Shown here one piece after another: positions 1-10,219 of a stretch of DNA of 64,000 nucleotides. Below the pieces are notes generated by a model that did not search any database, was not told the origin of the DNA, and saw only the letters and a list, made by a program, of their open reading frames with translations. The stretch is from Alphaproteobacteria bacterium (GTDB lineage: Bacteria; Pseudomonadota; Alphaproteobacteria; CADEGL01), in assembly GCA_046349515.1 (NCBI GenBank), contig JAXMCE010000012.1:13662-77661 (forward strand). Direction: 5' to 3'. Numbering within the stretch: position 1 is the first letter of the stretch; each line of letters opens with the position of its first letter. The translations under genes and the position numbers were made by a program.

Positions 1-713
1 CCAACATGGTGTTCGTCAATCTCGACGACAACGCAGAGTCCCTCAAGAGCCAGGCACAGGAATTAGAGCGGGAATTCCGTCACGCTCTGCCGGAATTCGA
101 CAAGCTCGTCTTCGCGCGCCGCGACGAATATCACCTCAAGTGCAATTGGAAATTCATCTTCGACGGACTCGAGTGCTATCACTGCCCCTATATCCATCCC
201 CAGGCGATGGGGAAGAAGGATTCGCTGTTCTCGACAGCCTTCGACTCCCATGAAAGCACATTCCATTCGACACATATCGCGCGGGGCAATCGCGAGCTGA
301 TCGAGAAAAATCCAGAGAAGCTTCCCTATACGATCAAGCCCGGCGATCTCGTCGACGACCATATCTGGTATTTGTGGCCGAACATGATCTTCATCGCCAA
401 TCCGGGGCAGGCGAATTTCCACGTCACGCACGCCATGCCCACGGGCGCCGAGACGAGCTATCGGTTCGTCGACCATTTCTTTCTGAACGATCCGCCGAGT
501 GACGTGAACATCGCGCAAATGGACGGGCATCGCGACGTGCTGGCACCGCAGGATCGCGAAGCCATGGAGAGGCAGCAGCTCGGCGTTCACGCCCTCGGCT
601 ATCGGCAAGGGCGTCTCATGGTGGACAAGGAGCGCTCCTGGTGGAGCGAGCACGGCGTTCATCACTTCAACAATCTTGTCTGGCAGGCGCTGAACGGGAA
701 TCGCTATGACTAG
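1..713 (+). CDS. Rieske-type non-heme iron oxygenase alpha subunit, C-terminal catalytic domain (gene continues upstream of window)
   Basis: Translation carries the NWK motif and E-x-YH-x4-H (LECYHCPYIH) mononuclear-iron ligand pattern typical of the catalytic domain of ring-hydroxylating/betaine-type Rieske oxygenases. No Rieske CXH..CXXH cluster is present in the window, so the N-terminus lies upstream. Confidence 0.55.
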   Translation, partial: NMVFVNLDDNAESLKSQAQELEREFRHALPEFDKLVFARRDEYHLKCNWKFIFDGLECYHCPYIHPQAMGKKDSLFSTAFDSHESTFHSTHIARGNRELIEKNPEKLPYTIKPGDLVDDHIWYLWPNMIFIANPGQANFHVTHAMPTGAETSYRFVDHFFLNDPPSDVNIAQMDGHRDVLAPQDREAMERQQLGVHALGYRQGRLMVDKERSWWSEHGVHHFNNLVWQALNGNRYD

Positions 714-737
714 CCTGTTCGGCGGATACCCGGGACG

Positions 738-1589
738 ATGCAAGCGCAATTCATCGACGTAAACGGCGTTCGCACGCGCCTCTTGCGGAGCGGCGCGGAG
801 GGTGTCGCCGTTCTTCTCGCCCACGGTCTTGGCGTGTCGGCGGACATGTGGGTCCGAATCATCGACGAGTTGGCACTCCGTTACCAAGTCGTCGCGCCCG
901 ATATGCTGGGGCACGGCTTCACCGCGTGGGCGCCCGATCTCGCGCTCCATCCCGAAGCCTATCTTGGCGACCATCTGGCAGAGGTGATGGGCCATCTCGG
1001 CCATCAAGACTATTTCGTCGTCGGGAGTTCGCTTGGCGGAATCGTGGCGGCACACCTCTTCCGCCGCCATGGCGCCAAAGTCCGCGGTCTCGTGCTGATC
1101 GGCACCGACGCGATGTTCGGTCCGACCCGTAGTCTTGATCCGTCCGTGCTGACGCAGGCCGCGCGAAATGCGGGGAAGGCCTTTGACGATCCAACTTGGG
1201 AAAACTGCTTGCGGCGCCTGCAGAACATCTGCGTCGTCCCCGATACGCCCCTCGATGATGTCGCGCTCGTGCAGATGACGATTTACGCCCAGCCCGACAG
1301 ACACGCGGCGTATCAGGAACTTTGCGGCCAGTTGATTCGCAGCATCGAAAACGGAAGCGCCGCGCTTGCGCCCGAGGAGATTGGGGTCCCCACCCTGATC
1401 GTCTGTGGGCGGCAGGACATCCGCGCCCGGATCGAACTCATCCGTGACAACTACCGGCGGATTCCAGGGGCGAGATTGGTCGAGCTCGATCCCTGCGGAC
1501 ACTTGCCACATCTCGAGGCGCCGGCGGCCCTTTTGCGGGTGCTTCGCGAGTTCCTCGATGGGCATGTCGCCGCGATGCCCGGCGGATGA
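738..1589 (+). CDS. alpha/beta-fold hydrolase
   Basis: HGLG oxyanion-hole motif near the N-terminus, GSSLGG nucleophile elbow (GxSxG), C-terminal His (CGHLPHLE). About 283 aa, typical size. Confidence 0.8.
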   Translation: MQAQFIDVNGVRTRLLRSGAEGVAVLLAHGLGVSADMWVRIIDELALRYQVVAPDMLGHGFTAWAPDLALHPEAYLGDHLAEVMGHLGHQDYFVVGSSLGGIVAAHLFRRHGAKVRGLVLIGTDAMFGPTRSLDPSVLTQAARNAGKAFDDPTWENCLRRLQNICVVPDTPLDDVALVQMTIYAQPDRHAAYQELCGQLIRSIENGSAALAPEEIGVPTLIVCGRQDIRARIELIRDNYRRIPGARLVELDPCGHLPHLEAPAALLRVLREFLDGHVAAMPGG

Positions 1590-1739
1590 GACAATGAGAA
1601 AGCCGACTACCCGCGCGCGACAGGGGGCCTGATCCCTCGAGCTGAAGCGGTTCGTCGCCGGCGAGCTCTATGACGGGGCCGTCAAATCCGTTCGGAACGA
1701 GAGACGTCATTCCATGGGACAAGAACCGAAGGCAAGATC

Positions 1740-2135
1740 ATGAACAAGATATCCGTCAATCCAAAGACTCTTGCGGGTCCGGTCGGACCTTTTGATCGCG
1801 CGGTCCGGATCGGGCCGTGGCTTTTCATTTCCGGGACCTCTGCGCTGACGCATTTGTCCGGCGATTTCTTCGAGCGGCCCATCCCTCCGGGCATCGAAGA
1901 ACAGGCGCGGCTCACCTTTCAGAATATCGCGAACGTATGTACCGAGGCCGGCTACACGCTCGATGACGTTTACCAGATCCGCTACACGATCAAGGACCGC
2001 CGGGACATCCGGAAGGTTCATGCCGTCATTCGAGAATTCCTTCCGAACCGCGGCTTCATATCCAGCGCGTATGAGGGCGAATTGCTGCGGCCGGAGATGC
2101 TCATCGAGGTCGAGGCCAATGCCTATAAAGCCTAG
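1740..2135 (+). CDS. RidA/YjgF/TdcF family reactive-intermediate deaminase
   Basis: 131 aa; PVGPFDRAVRIGPWLFISGT and C-terminal EVEANAY match the RidA (endoribonuclease L-PSP) fold signature. Confidence 0.8.
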   Translation: MNKISVNPKTLAGPVGPFDRAVRIGPWLFISGTSALTHLSGDFFERPIPPGIEEQARLTFQNIANVCTEAGYTLDDVYQIRYTIKDRRDIRKVHAVIREFLPNRGFISSAYEGELLRPEMLIEVEANAYKA

Positions 2136-2177
2136 CGTGGCCTTGACGAATGAGCGCCGGTGCCCAACCTCTCGACC

Positions 2178-2978
2178 TCACATGTTGACCGCGAAGTCGA
2201 GCCGGTAGCGGTCGATCGGCATGATGCCAGCGGCTTTCGCGCCGTCGATCGCGAGCCCGACACCGCTGATGAAGGCCGATTCGTCCGAACCGAGGAACAC
2301 GGCGGCCTGCGCGACATCGTCGGCCGATCCGTAGCGCGCGGCCGGGCAGGTCGCGAGGATCGCCGGTAGACGGGCCCGCCGTTCCTCCTCGGTCTTCGCG
2401 GGCCCCCAGAGCATCGGCGTCTCGATGGGACCGGGACAGATCGCGTTGACGCGGATGTTCTGGTGCGCGTAGGTCACGGCCAGGCCTTTCGTCAGGCCCA
2501 TGACCGCGTGCTTGGACGCGCTGTAGACGGGATCGCTTGCCCGGGCCAGCAAGCCGCCGCTCGACGACATGTTGATGATCGAGCCCCCGCCGCGCTTGAG
2601 GAAATAGGGGATGGCGAGCTTGCAGCCGAGGAAGACGCCCTTAACGTTGATCGCGAACAGTCGGTCGAAGTCCTCGTCCGATACGTCCGTGATGGGCTTG
2701 GGCATGCCGATGCCGGCGTTGTTGAAGACGATGTCGACCCCGCCCCAGCGCTGGGCCGCCGAATCGAGAAGGCGTGCGACATCGCCCGCCTTGGTCACGT
2801 CCGTTTGGAGGACGACCGCCTCGCCGCCGCCCTGTTCGATGTCCTTCGCCACGGAAGCGGCATCTGCGGTGTCGCCCAAGGCGACCTTGGCTCCCTCGCG
2901 GGCGAAGCGAATGGCGGAAGCCCGGCCGATGCCGCGGGCCGCTCCCGTGATGACGGCAATCTTGTTCTTGAGGCGCAT
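2178..2978 (-). CDS. SDR family oxidoreductase
   Basis: N-terminal KIAVITGAARGIGRA Rossmann motif, NNAGI, YSASKHAV catalytic Tyr-x3-Lys. Start taken at internal MRLKNK rather than the longer ORF. Confidence 0.8.
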   Translation of the reverse strand: MRLKNKIAVITGAARGIGRASAIRFAREGAKVALGDTADAASVAKDIEQGGGEAVVLQTDVTKAGDVARLLDSAAQRWGGVDIVFNNAGIGMPKPITDVSDEDFDRLFAINVKGVFLGCKLAIPYFLKRGGGSIINMSSSGGLLARASDPVYSASKHAVMGLTKGLAVTYAHQNIRVNAICPGPIETPMLWGPAKTEEERRARLPAILATCPAARYGSADDVAQAAVFLGSDESAFISGVGLAIDGAKAAGIMPIDRYRLDFAVNM

Positions 2979-3262
2979 GGTGGTTCCTCCTTCTGGGACT
3001 CGTGTCGCGATCGGGAAACGGCCGGCCTGTGCCGCCATGAATGGCTGGAACGGGGTCGGGACGAGGCGATCTCGCCCCGATTATCGGGGGCTTTCCCGGG
3101 CGGTGGAATAGGGCCATCGCGCGCGTCTCGTGATGCGACAGCGATAGAGCATCGCTATCGAGTCGGTAGGCAAACGGCATTTCAATCGCGAGCCGCGCTC
3201 GGCCATGGTCGGGGAAGCACGGATGGCGTCGCTATCGCGCCAAGAACCCATAGGAGGATTCC

Positions 3263-3751
3263 ATGCGCCTCATCGGACTTTTCCTCGTCCTCGCTCTCGC
3301 CTTGGGCATTGCCATGGATCCGGGAGCGGATGCCCGGGCCGCGACGCCGAGCATCGGCAAAGACGGCATCGTCATGGTCAAGAGCGCCTATCCCATGGCG
3401 GAGACCATCGCCCGCCTGAAGCAGGACATTGCCGGCAAGGGCATCATGTTCTTCGCCGAGATCGACCAGTCAAAGCTGGCCGGCGACGCGGGCATCGCTC
3501 TCCGTCCCTCGACATTGCTGATCTTCGGCAATCCGCCGCTCGGAGGACAATTCCTCACCGCAAATCCGATCGCGGGCATCGACTGGCCCGTTCGCCTTCT
3601 CGTGTACGAAGACGCCAACCGTGACGTCTGGACAGCCTATACGGACTTCGGCTACATCGCCGACCGCCACGGCATCGCCAATCGCGACGACCAGTTCAAG
3701 ATGGCATCGGCTGTGATTGCCTCCATCACCTCGAGCGTTGCCGCCAAATGA
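3263..3751 (+). CDS. secreted DUF302-family protein
   Basis: Signal peptide (MRLIGLFLVLALALGIA) followed by a ~130 aa domain resembling DUF302 (PSTLLIFGNPPLG). The function of this family is unknown. Confidence 0.6.
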   Translation: MRLIGLFLVLALALGIAMDPGADARAATPSIGKDGIVMVKSAYPMAETIARLKQDIAGKGIMFFAEIDQSKLAGDAGIALRPSTLLIFGNPPLGGQFLTANPIAGIDWPVRLLVYEDANRDVWTAYTDFGYIADRHGIANRDDQFKMASAVIASITSSVAAK

Positions 3752-3796
3752 GCGCATGAACACGCTGCCCTCCGGCGTCGCCCATGCGGACGGAGC

Positions 3797-4738
3797 CTAG
3801 CTCGAGGCGGGCTGGATCTCCGTCGCGCTGGCGATCAGGCGGTATTTGACTTGGGCCGTCGTTACTTCGCGGAAGTAATTGACGAGGTCGCCCCATGGGT
3901 CGTTGATCTGGGCGAGACCCGAGATGAACGCCACGACCGTGCCGACCTCGGTCTCTCCGTTGATCACGTACCACCCCCCGATGAGCAGCGTGCCGGCGAT
4001 GCCGAGGTGATAGAGCGCGTTCATGAGGAAGTTCATCGTGAATTTGAGCCGGAAGATGCGCATGTTGAGGCGAAAGACGCTGGTCACGCGCTGGGCAAAC
4101 CCGTCTTCGACTTTCGGCGGTCCATCGCCGCTGTTGACGATTCCGGTGCCGACGTCGCGCATGACATGGATGCGCGTCCGGGCCGCCTCGTTGATCATGC
4201 GCTGCATGACGGGGACGAACACGAGCTGGGGCGAGAACAAGACGAATGCGACGAGCGCCATCCACGGCTGCAGGTAGACCATGTAGCTGAAGACGCTGAT
4301 GAGGATGCCGCCCTGGAGAAGGGGCTGGGAGATGCTGATGCCAACGAAGCCGCCCACGGGCTCGACTTCCGCGAGGACGATCGCCGTCTCGATACCGTCG
4401 AAGCGAGGGCGGTTGGCCTCGTGCGCGATCGTCCGCGCGCGGGTATGGACGAAATGGCGGAGCGTCAAGGTCGCGTGCTCGCTGACGCGCCCGGCATAGA
4501 TGTTGAGGCTGCGTTTGACCGCTCCCATGAAGAGGGCGATGCCCGCATAGGCCAGGGCCATCATGACGAGCTTCTCCACGTCCTTGTCATGGAGCACGTC
4601 GTTGACGATCCGGCGCTGGAGCTCGAGTGGCGCCATGGTGAGGAGAAACGTGATGACCGAGAGAAGCGAGAGCCAGATCTGGTCGCGTGCACTGACCTGC
4701 CAGATGTAGCGATAGATGTTGTGGGGAAGAATTTTCAT
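3797..4738 (-). CDS. ABC exporter type-1 transmembrane domain protein lacking any nucleotide-binding domain (stand-alone TMD or gene remnant)
   Basis: 313 aa with six predicted hydrophobic helices and spacing/charged loops typical of MsbA-like exporter TMDs. The ORF stops where a Walker A/NBD would normally begin, and no NBD gene is adjacent. Confidence 0.45.
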   Translation of the reverse strand: MKILPHNIYRYIWQVSARDQIWLSLLSVITFLLTMAPLELQRRIVNDVLHDKDVEKLVMMALAYAGIALFMGAVKRSLNIYAGRVSEHATLTLRHFVHTRARTIAHEANRPRFDGIETAIVLAEVEPVGGFVGISISQPLLQGGILISVFSYMVYLQPWMALVAFVLFSPQLVFVPVMQRMINEAARTRIHVMRDVGTGIVNSGDGPPKVEDGFAQRVTSVFRLNMRIFRLKFTMNFLMNALYHLGIAGTLLIGGWYVINGETEVGTVVAFISGLAQINDPWGDLVNYFREVTTAQVKYRLIASATEIQPASS

Positions 4739-4874
4739 GACCTTGTCAGGCGGACTTTCGAGGGCAGCCGGATCGGACGAGACGCGGGATCGGGGCAGAG
4801 GCGAGACCCCGTGGCCTGGGGTCCCGCCAAGGTATCACCAGAACCAAGAGATGCGTGTACCCCCGGCGGCCGCC

Positions 4875-5291
4875 TCAGATCCTCTCCCAGATTCCGGTTT
4901 CCTCGTCGAGGCGATCCTGCTCGGTGCCCCGGAAATCCCAGCGCGAGACGATGCCGACAATCTTGCCGTTCTCGACCACCGGCATGTGGCGGTAGCCGCC
5001 ATCCTGCATGAGCCGGAGGGCCTCGATCGCGGTCTTGCCCGGGGGCATCGCCTGCGGATGGGGTGTCATGACCTCGGCCAGAGTCGTGTCGTCGCCGGTC
5101 TTTCCGTCGGCCAAGACGCGACAGACCGCATCGCGGATCGTGAAGATGCCGAGGAGGCGGCGGTCCGCGTCAGCCACGAGAACCGCGCCGATGCGGTGCT
5201 CGCGCATGAGCTGGCAGGCCTCCCGGACCGTGGCCCGCGGTGGAAGGACCCTCGGCTCGTGTTTGAGGATGATGTCCGACATTTTTCTCAT
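4875..5291 (-). CDS. CBS-domain pair protein
   Basis: 138 aa; two CBS-like repeats (GAVLVADADRRLLGIFTIRD... and HMPVVENGKIVGIVSRWD). Confidence 0.75.
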   Translation of the reverse strand: MRKMSDIILKHEPRVLPPRATVREACQLMREHRIGAVLVADADRRLLGIFTIRDAVCRVLADGKTGDDTTLAEVMTPHPQAMPPGKTAIEALRLMQDGGYRHMPVVENGKIVGIVSRWDFRGTEQDRLDEETGIWERI

Positions 5292-5642
5292 CCTGACCCT
5301 GCCCCGCGCACCTGGCGCCGTTCTTCGCGATGGTCCTATCCTTTCTTAGGACGAACCGCTCCGACCAAGCTTGATGCAGATCAGTCGTGGCCGGGGAGAC
5401 GGGCCTGAGTGGCGCTGGAGCCTTGATTCGGCAAGGCTATTTCTCGTCAGGGCCGGCGTGCCACCCGCGGGGCCCGCTCTCTTCTCGCGCTCCCGAAAGG
5501 CCATGTCGGCTCCCGCTGCCTCCCGCCCGCCGCGCGCGCCGCATTGCGCCGAAGGCCGAAAAGCGCTTCGATGGCGGCGGAGGCGCGGGTCCCGCCGCGC
5601 GGACTTTCGACGTCCTGGCCCAAACAATCCAAAGGTGATCCC

Positions 5643-7241
5643 ATGTGCCACACGAAACTTCTTCGCTTGGCAGGCCTCGGAGTGGCGTCCCTGCTGATGT
5701 GTTCAACCGCGGTGGCCGCCAAGACCATCGTCTATTGTTCCGAAGGCTCGCCCGAGAACTTCACGCCGGCATTGAACATTACCGGCACGAGCCTCGATGC
5801 GGCTCGCCCCGTCTACGACCAGCTCGTCGAGTTCGAGCGCGGCAGCACGACCGTCGTCCCGGGCCTGGCCGAAAGCTGGACCATCGATCAGGGCGGCACG
5901 GTGATCACGTTCAAGCTGCGGAAGGGCGTCAAGTTCCACGCCGTGGGCGACTTCAAGCCGACGCGCGACTTCAATGCCGACGACGTGCTGTTTTCCTTCA
6001 ACCGGCAATGGAAGCCGGACCACCCCTACCACAAGGTTTCCGGCGGCAAGTACGACTACTTCGCAGACATGGACATGCCCACCTTGCTCAAGGGCATCGA
6101 CAAGGTCGATGACTACACGGTGCGCATGACGTTGAGCGAGCCCAACGCGCCCATCCTGGCGAATCTCGCCATGGACTTCAGCACGATCCATTCGGCCGAA
6201 TACGGCGACTTCCTCCTGAAGCAGGGAAAACCCGAGCTCATGGACCAGGTTCCCGTCGGCACGGGGCCGTTTTCCTTCGTCGCCTACCAGAAGGACGCCG
6301 TCATCCGCTTCAAGGCCAATCCCGCCTATTGGCGCGGCAAACCCCAGATCGACGACCTCGTCTACGCCATCACGCCCGATCCGTCTTCGCGCCTCGCCAA
6401 GCTCAAGAAGGGCGAGTGTCACGTCATGATCGCGCCGCGGCCCGCCGATCTCGAGGAGATCAAGAAGGACGCGTCGCTCCAGCTGATGTCCCAGCCGGGC
6501 CTGAACGTCGCCTATCTCAGCATGAACACGACGAAGAAGCCCTTCGATGACAAGCGCGTGCGCCAAGCCATCAATTTGGCGATCGACAAGGGCGCCATCA
6601 TCAAGGACGTCTATCTGGGCGCGGGGCAGGCGGCGAAAAATCCGATTCCGCCGACGATCTGGTCCTACAACGACGCGGTCAAGGACTATACCCACGATCC
6701 GGAGAAGGCCAAGGCGCTGCTCAAGGCCGCCGGCGTCGCGACGCCGCTCGAGATCGATCTCTGGTACATGCCGGTCCAGCGGCCGTACAACCCGAACGCC
6801 AAGCGGATTGCCGAGATGATGCAGGCGGATCTCGCCAAGGTCGGCATCAACGCCAAGCTCGTGACCTACGAGTGGGGCGAGTATCGGAAACGCATGCAGC
6901 AGGGCGAGCACATCACGGGTCAGCTCGGCTGGACCGGCGACAATGGCGATCCAGACAATTTCTTTTTCCTGCTCGGATGCGCGGCGGCCCGTCCCGGTGG
7001 CCAGAATCTCTCCAAATGGTGCAACAAGGAGTTCGACGATCGGCTGAACAAGGCCAAGACGCTGTCGGACATCAAGCAGCGCACAAAGCTCTATGAGGAG
7101 ATGCAGGTGATCGCCAAGGAGGAGGCGCCGTGGGTGACCATCGCGCATTCCGTCGTCTACGAGCCCGTGCGGAAGGAAGTCCAGGGTTGGAAGATCTCGC
7201 CCTTTGGCCGGCACGAGTTCTACGGCGTCGACGTAAAGTAG
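5643..7241 (+). CDS. dppA: ABC transporter substrate-binding protein, family 5 (DppA/OppA-like peptide/opine binding)
   Basis: Signal peptide then SBP_bac_5-like sequence (PGLAESWTI, YWRGKP, AYLSMNT). Start refined to internal ATG at 5643 (MCHTKLL...). First gene of a five-gene ABC importer block. Confidence 0.85.
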   Translation: MCHTKLLRLAGLGVASLLMCSTAVAAKTIVYCSEGSPENFTPALNITGTSLDAARPVYDQLVEFERGSTTVVPGLAESWTIDQGGTVITFKLRKGVKFHAVGDFKPTRDFNADDVLFSFNRQWKPDHPYHKVSGGKYDYFADMDMPTLLKGIDKVDDYTVRMTLSEPNAPILANLAMDFSTIHSAEYGDFLLKQGKPELMDQVPVGTGPFSFVAYQKDAVIRFKANPAYWRGKPQIDDLVYAITPDPSSRLAKLKKGECHVMIAPRPADLEEIKKDASLQLMSQPGLNVAYLSMNTTKKPFDDKRVRQAINLAIDKGAIIKDVYLGAGQAAKNPIPPTIWSYNDAVKDYTHDPEKAKALLKAAGVATPLEIDLWYMPVQRPYNPNAKRIAEMMQADLAKVGINAKLVTYEWGEYRKRMQQGEHITGQLGWTGDNGDPDNFFFLLGCAAARPGGQNLSKWCNKEFDDRLNKAKTLSDIKQRTKLYEEMQVIAKEEAPWVTIAHSVVYEPVRKEVQGWKISPFGRHEFYGVDVK

Positions 7242-7318
7242 CCGTCGCGGTTTGATGGCAGAAGCGCGCAGGACGGGTCGCACCCGTCCCGCCGCTTGCC
7301 GTGTGGGGCAGGCCAGCC

Positions 7319-8332
7319 ATGCTGCGGTATATCCTGAAGCGCGCGGCGTTGACCTTGCCGACGTTCTTCGCGCTCGCTTTTGTCACATTCGTCGCCATCC
7401 GCCTCGTGCCGGGCGATCCGGTGGAGGTGCGCACGGGCGAGCGCGGGATCTCGCCCGAGAGGCTCGCGCAGTTCCGGCATGATCTCGGCCTCGATCAGCC
7501 CATCTGGAAGCAGTTCCTCGACTATGTGTGGCAAATCCTTCACGGCGACTTCGGAACCTCGGTCGTCACGAGCCAGAAGGTCCTCGTCGAATTCCTGACG
7601 CTGTTCCCGGCCACGGTCGAGCTTGCGGTCTTCGCCATGGCCTTCGCCGTCTTGCTCGGCGTTCCCGCAGGCGTCATCGCCGGCATCAAGCGGGGCACGG
7701 CCTATGATCATGTGCTCATGGGAACGGCCTTGACCGGATACTCGATGCCTATCTTCTGGTGGGGCCTCTTGCTCATCATGCTGGTGTCGGAGAACCTCGG
7801 CCTGACGCCGGTCTCGGGCCGCATCGATCTCATCAAGTATTTCGTCCAGCCGGACACCGGCTTCATGCTCATCGACACGGCGATCGCGGGCGAGGGCGGT
7901 GCCTTCTGGTCGGCTCTCCACCATCTCATTCTCCCGGCGATCGTGCTCGGGACCGTTCCATTGGCGGTCATAGCACGCATGACGCGCTCTTCGATGCTCG
8001 AGGTTCTCGGCGAGGACTATGTGCGAACGGCGCGGGCCAAGGGGCTTTCGGAATACCGCGTGATCGGAGTCCACGCGCTCCGCAACGCGCTCATTCCGGT
8101 CGTGACCGTGATCGGGCTCCAAATCGGGACGCTCATGGCGGGCGCGGTCCTGACCGAGACCATTTTCTCCTGGCCGGGTGTGGGCAAATGGCTGATCGAA
8201 TCGATCGCGCGCCGCGACTATCCGGCGCTCCAAGGCGGGATCATGCTGATCTCGACGGTCGTCATCATCGTCAACCTGATCGTCGACCTTCTCTACGGCA
8301 CCATCAACCCGCGGATCCGCCATGGCCGTTGA
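7319..8332 (+). CDS. dppB: ABC transporter permease (DppB-like)
   Basis: MLRYILKRA N-terminus typical of DppB/OppB; multiple TM helices; BPD_transp_1 EAA-like loop (TARAKGLSEYRVI). Confidence 0.85.
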   Translation: MLRYILKRAALTLPTFFALAFVTFVAIRLVPGDPVEVRTGERGISPERLAQFRHDLGLDQPIWKQFLDYVWQILHGDFGTSVVTSQKVLVEFLTLFPATVELAVFAMAFAVLLGVPAGVIAGIKRGTAYDHVLMGTALTGYSMPIFWWGLLLIMLVSENLGLTPVSGRIDLIKYFVQPDTGFMLIDTAIAGEGGAFWSALHHLILPAIVLGTVPLAVIARMTRSSMLEVLGEDYVRTARAKGLSEYRVIGVHALRNALIPVVTVIGLQIGTLMAGAVLTETIFSWPGVGKWLIESIARRDYPALQGGIMLISTVVIIVNLIVDLLYGTINPRIRHGR

Positions 8333-9227
8333 ACTGACCGTGAGCGATGTCGCGCAGGCCGAGCCGCCCGGCCCGTGGCGCGCCTTCTGGGCCGCCTTTT
8401 CGGAGAACAAGGGGGCGGTTGCGGCGCTCATCGTCGTGATGATCGTCGTCTCGATGGCGGTTTTCGCCGACGTCATCGCGCCGCACGGGCCGGCGATACA
8501 GTTCCGCGATGCCGTGCGCCAGCCGCCGGTTTGGGCCGACGGCGGTTCTTGGCGATTCGTGCTTGGGACCGACGATGTCGGGCGCGACGTGCTGTCGCGC
8601 GTCATCTACGGAGCGCGTATTTCGCTGTTCATCGGCCTCAGCGTGGCGTCGGTCTCGATGGTGATCGGCGTCGTGCTCGGGCTCTTGGCCGCGTTCCAGG
8701 GTGGCATCGTCGAGACCGCGATCATGCGTACGATGGACCTCATCATCGCGATTCCGAGCCTCGTGCTCGCGATCCTCATCGTCGCGGTCCTGGGACCGAG
8801 TCTGGCCAATACCATCGTCGCCGTGACGGTCGTCTACCTGCCGCGCTACGTGCGGCTTGTCCGTGCCTCGGCGCTCGCCGAGATGAGCAAGGAATACGTG
8901 ATGGCGGCGCGCGTGTCGGGAGTCAGGACATTGCGCCTGATGTTCGTGACGATCCTGCCCAACTGCCTGGCGCCGCTCATCGTGCAGGCGGCCTTGGGCG
9001 TGTCGGACGCGATCCTCGAGGCGGCGGCCCTCGGTTTCCTTGGGCTCGGCGCCCAGCCGCCGGTGCCGGAGTGGGGCGCCATGGTTGGCGATGGGCGGGA
9101 GTTCATCCGGTCCAATCCATGGATCGTGACCGTCCCGGGGCTCGCCATCCTCATCACGGTCGTCGCGATCAACCTGATGGGCGACGGGTTGCGCGATGCG
9201 CTCGATCCCAAGCTGAGGAGGAGCTAA
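8322..9227 (+). CDS. dppC: ABC transporter permease (DppC-like)
   Basis: 301 aa, six TM helices, conserved MAARVSGVRTLRLMFVTILPN region of DppC/OppC; overlaps the dppB stop. Confidence 0.85.
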   Translation: MAVELTVSDVAQAEPPGPWRAFWAAFSENKGAVAALIVVMIVVSMAVFADVIAPHGPAIQFRDAVRQPPVWADGGSWRFVLGTDDVGRDVLSRVIYGARISLFIGLSVASVSMVIGVVLGLLAAFQGGIVETAIMRTMDLIIAIPSLVLAILIVAVLGPSLANTIVAVTVVYLPRYVRLVRASALAEMSKEYVMAARVSGVRTLRLMFVTILPNCLAPLIVQAALGVSDAILEAAALGFLGLGAQPPVPEWGAMVGDGREFIRSNPWIVTVPGLAILITVVAINLMGDGLRDALDPKLRRS

Positions 9228-9229
9228 GC

Positions 9230-10219
9230 GTGCCCATCCTCGAGGTGCGCAACCTCTCCGTCAGCTTCGCGACCCGCCACGGGCCGTTCAAGGCGGTCGA
9301 CGGGCTCGACATCACCGTCGAGAAGGAAGAGGTCCTCGGCATCGTCGGGGAATCCGGATCCGGGAAATCGGTCGCCATGCTGGCGGTCATGGGGCTCCTG
9401 CCCTGGTCCGCGACCGTGACCGCCGACGTCATGCGGCTCGGCCGGCACGATCTCCTCACGATCGACCGCCGTGAACGCCGCTCCATCATCGGGCGGGACG
9501 TGACGATGATCTTTCAGGAGCCGATGACCTCGCTCAATCCATGCTTCACTGTCGGCTTTCAGCTGGGCGAGACCCTGTCGTCTCATATGGGCCTCGATCG
9601 CCGGGCGCGGCGGAAGCGAGCGGTCGAGCTTCTGGAGGCGGTCGGTCTGACCGATCCCGAGCGGCGCTTGGCCGCCTTTCCGCACCAGCTCTCCGGCGGG
9701 ATGAACCAGCGCGTCATGATCGCGATCGCCATCGCCTGTCGGCCGGCGCTCCTCATCGCCGATGAGCCCACGACCGCGCTCGATGTGACGATCCAGGCCC
9801 AGATCCTGGACCTTCTTCTGCGCTTGAGGCGCGAGACCGGCATGGGGCTCGTGCTCATCACCCATGACATGGGCGTGGTCGCGGAAACGGCCGACCGCGT
9901 CGTCGTGCAATATGCGGGTCAGCCGGCCGAGATGCAGGACACGCGCGGTCTCTTTCGCGACCCGCACCATCCCTACACGGCAGCGCTGCTGGCCGCCCTT
10001 CCCGAGCGCGCGCGTGGGAAGCGCCTGCAGTCGATTCCAGGCGTGGTGCCAGGGCAGTTCGATCAGCCGTCCGGCTGCCTCTTTGCGCCGCGGTGCGGGT
10101 TCGCGACCGCGCTGTGCGTCGAGCGGGCGCCGGACCGCGGCCCGGCGGAACTCGGCCGCGCGCGCTGCCACACGCCGCTCATGGCCGGCCGGCCGACGCC
10201 GGCGACTGTCGCGCGATGA
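9230..10219 (+). CDS. dppD: ABC transporter ATP-binding protein (DppD-like)
   Basis: GTG start after dppC; Walker A GESGSGKS, signature LSGGMNQR, Walker B LLIADEPTTALD, and an oligopeptide C-terminal domain. The longer 8375-start ORF is an out-of-frame artefact. Confidence 0.85.
   Translation: MPILEVRNLSVSFATRHGPFKAVDGLDITVEKEEVLGIVGESGSGKSVAMLAVMGLLPWSATVTADVMRLGRHDLLTIDRRERRSIIGRDVTMIFQEPMTSLNPCFTVGFQLGETLSSHMGLDRRARRKRAVELLEAVGLTDPERRLAAFPHQLSGGMNQRVMIAIAIACRPALLIADEPTTALDVTIQAQILDLLLRLRRETGMGLVLITHDMGVVAETADRVVVQYAGQPAEMQDTRGLFRDPHHPYTAALLAALPERARGKRLQSIPGVVPGQFDQPSGCLFAPRCGFATALCVERAPDRGPAELGRARCHTPLMAGRPTPATVAR

Noticed and set aside
7220-8605. 461-aa minus-strand ORF antisense to dppB
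   Set aside because: Arg/Asp/His-rich low-complexity translation with no domain-like motifs. It overlaps a well-supported permease gene entirely and is a typical high-GC antisense artefact.
8375-10219. 614-aa plus-strand ORF spanning dppC and dppD
   Set aside because: The first ~285 codons are out of frame with dppC and Arg-rich. Only the final ~330 aa, from the GTG at 9230, correspond to the real DppD ATPase.
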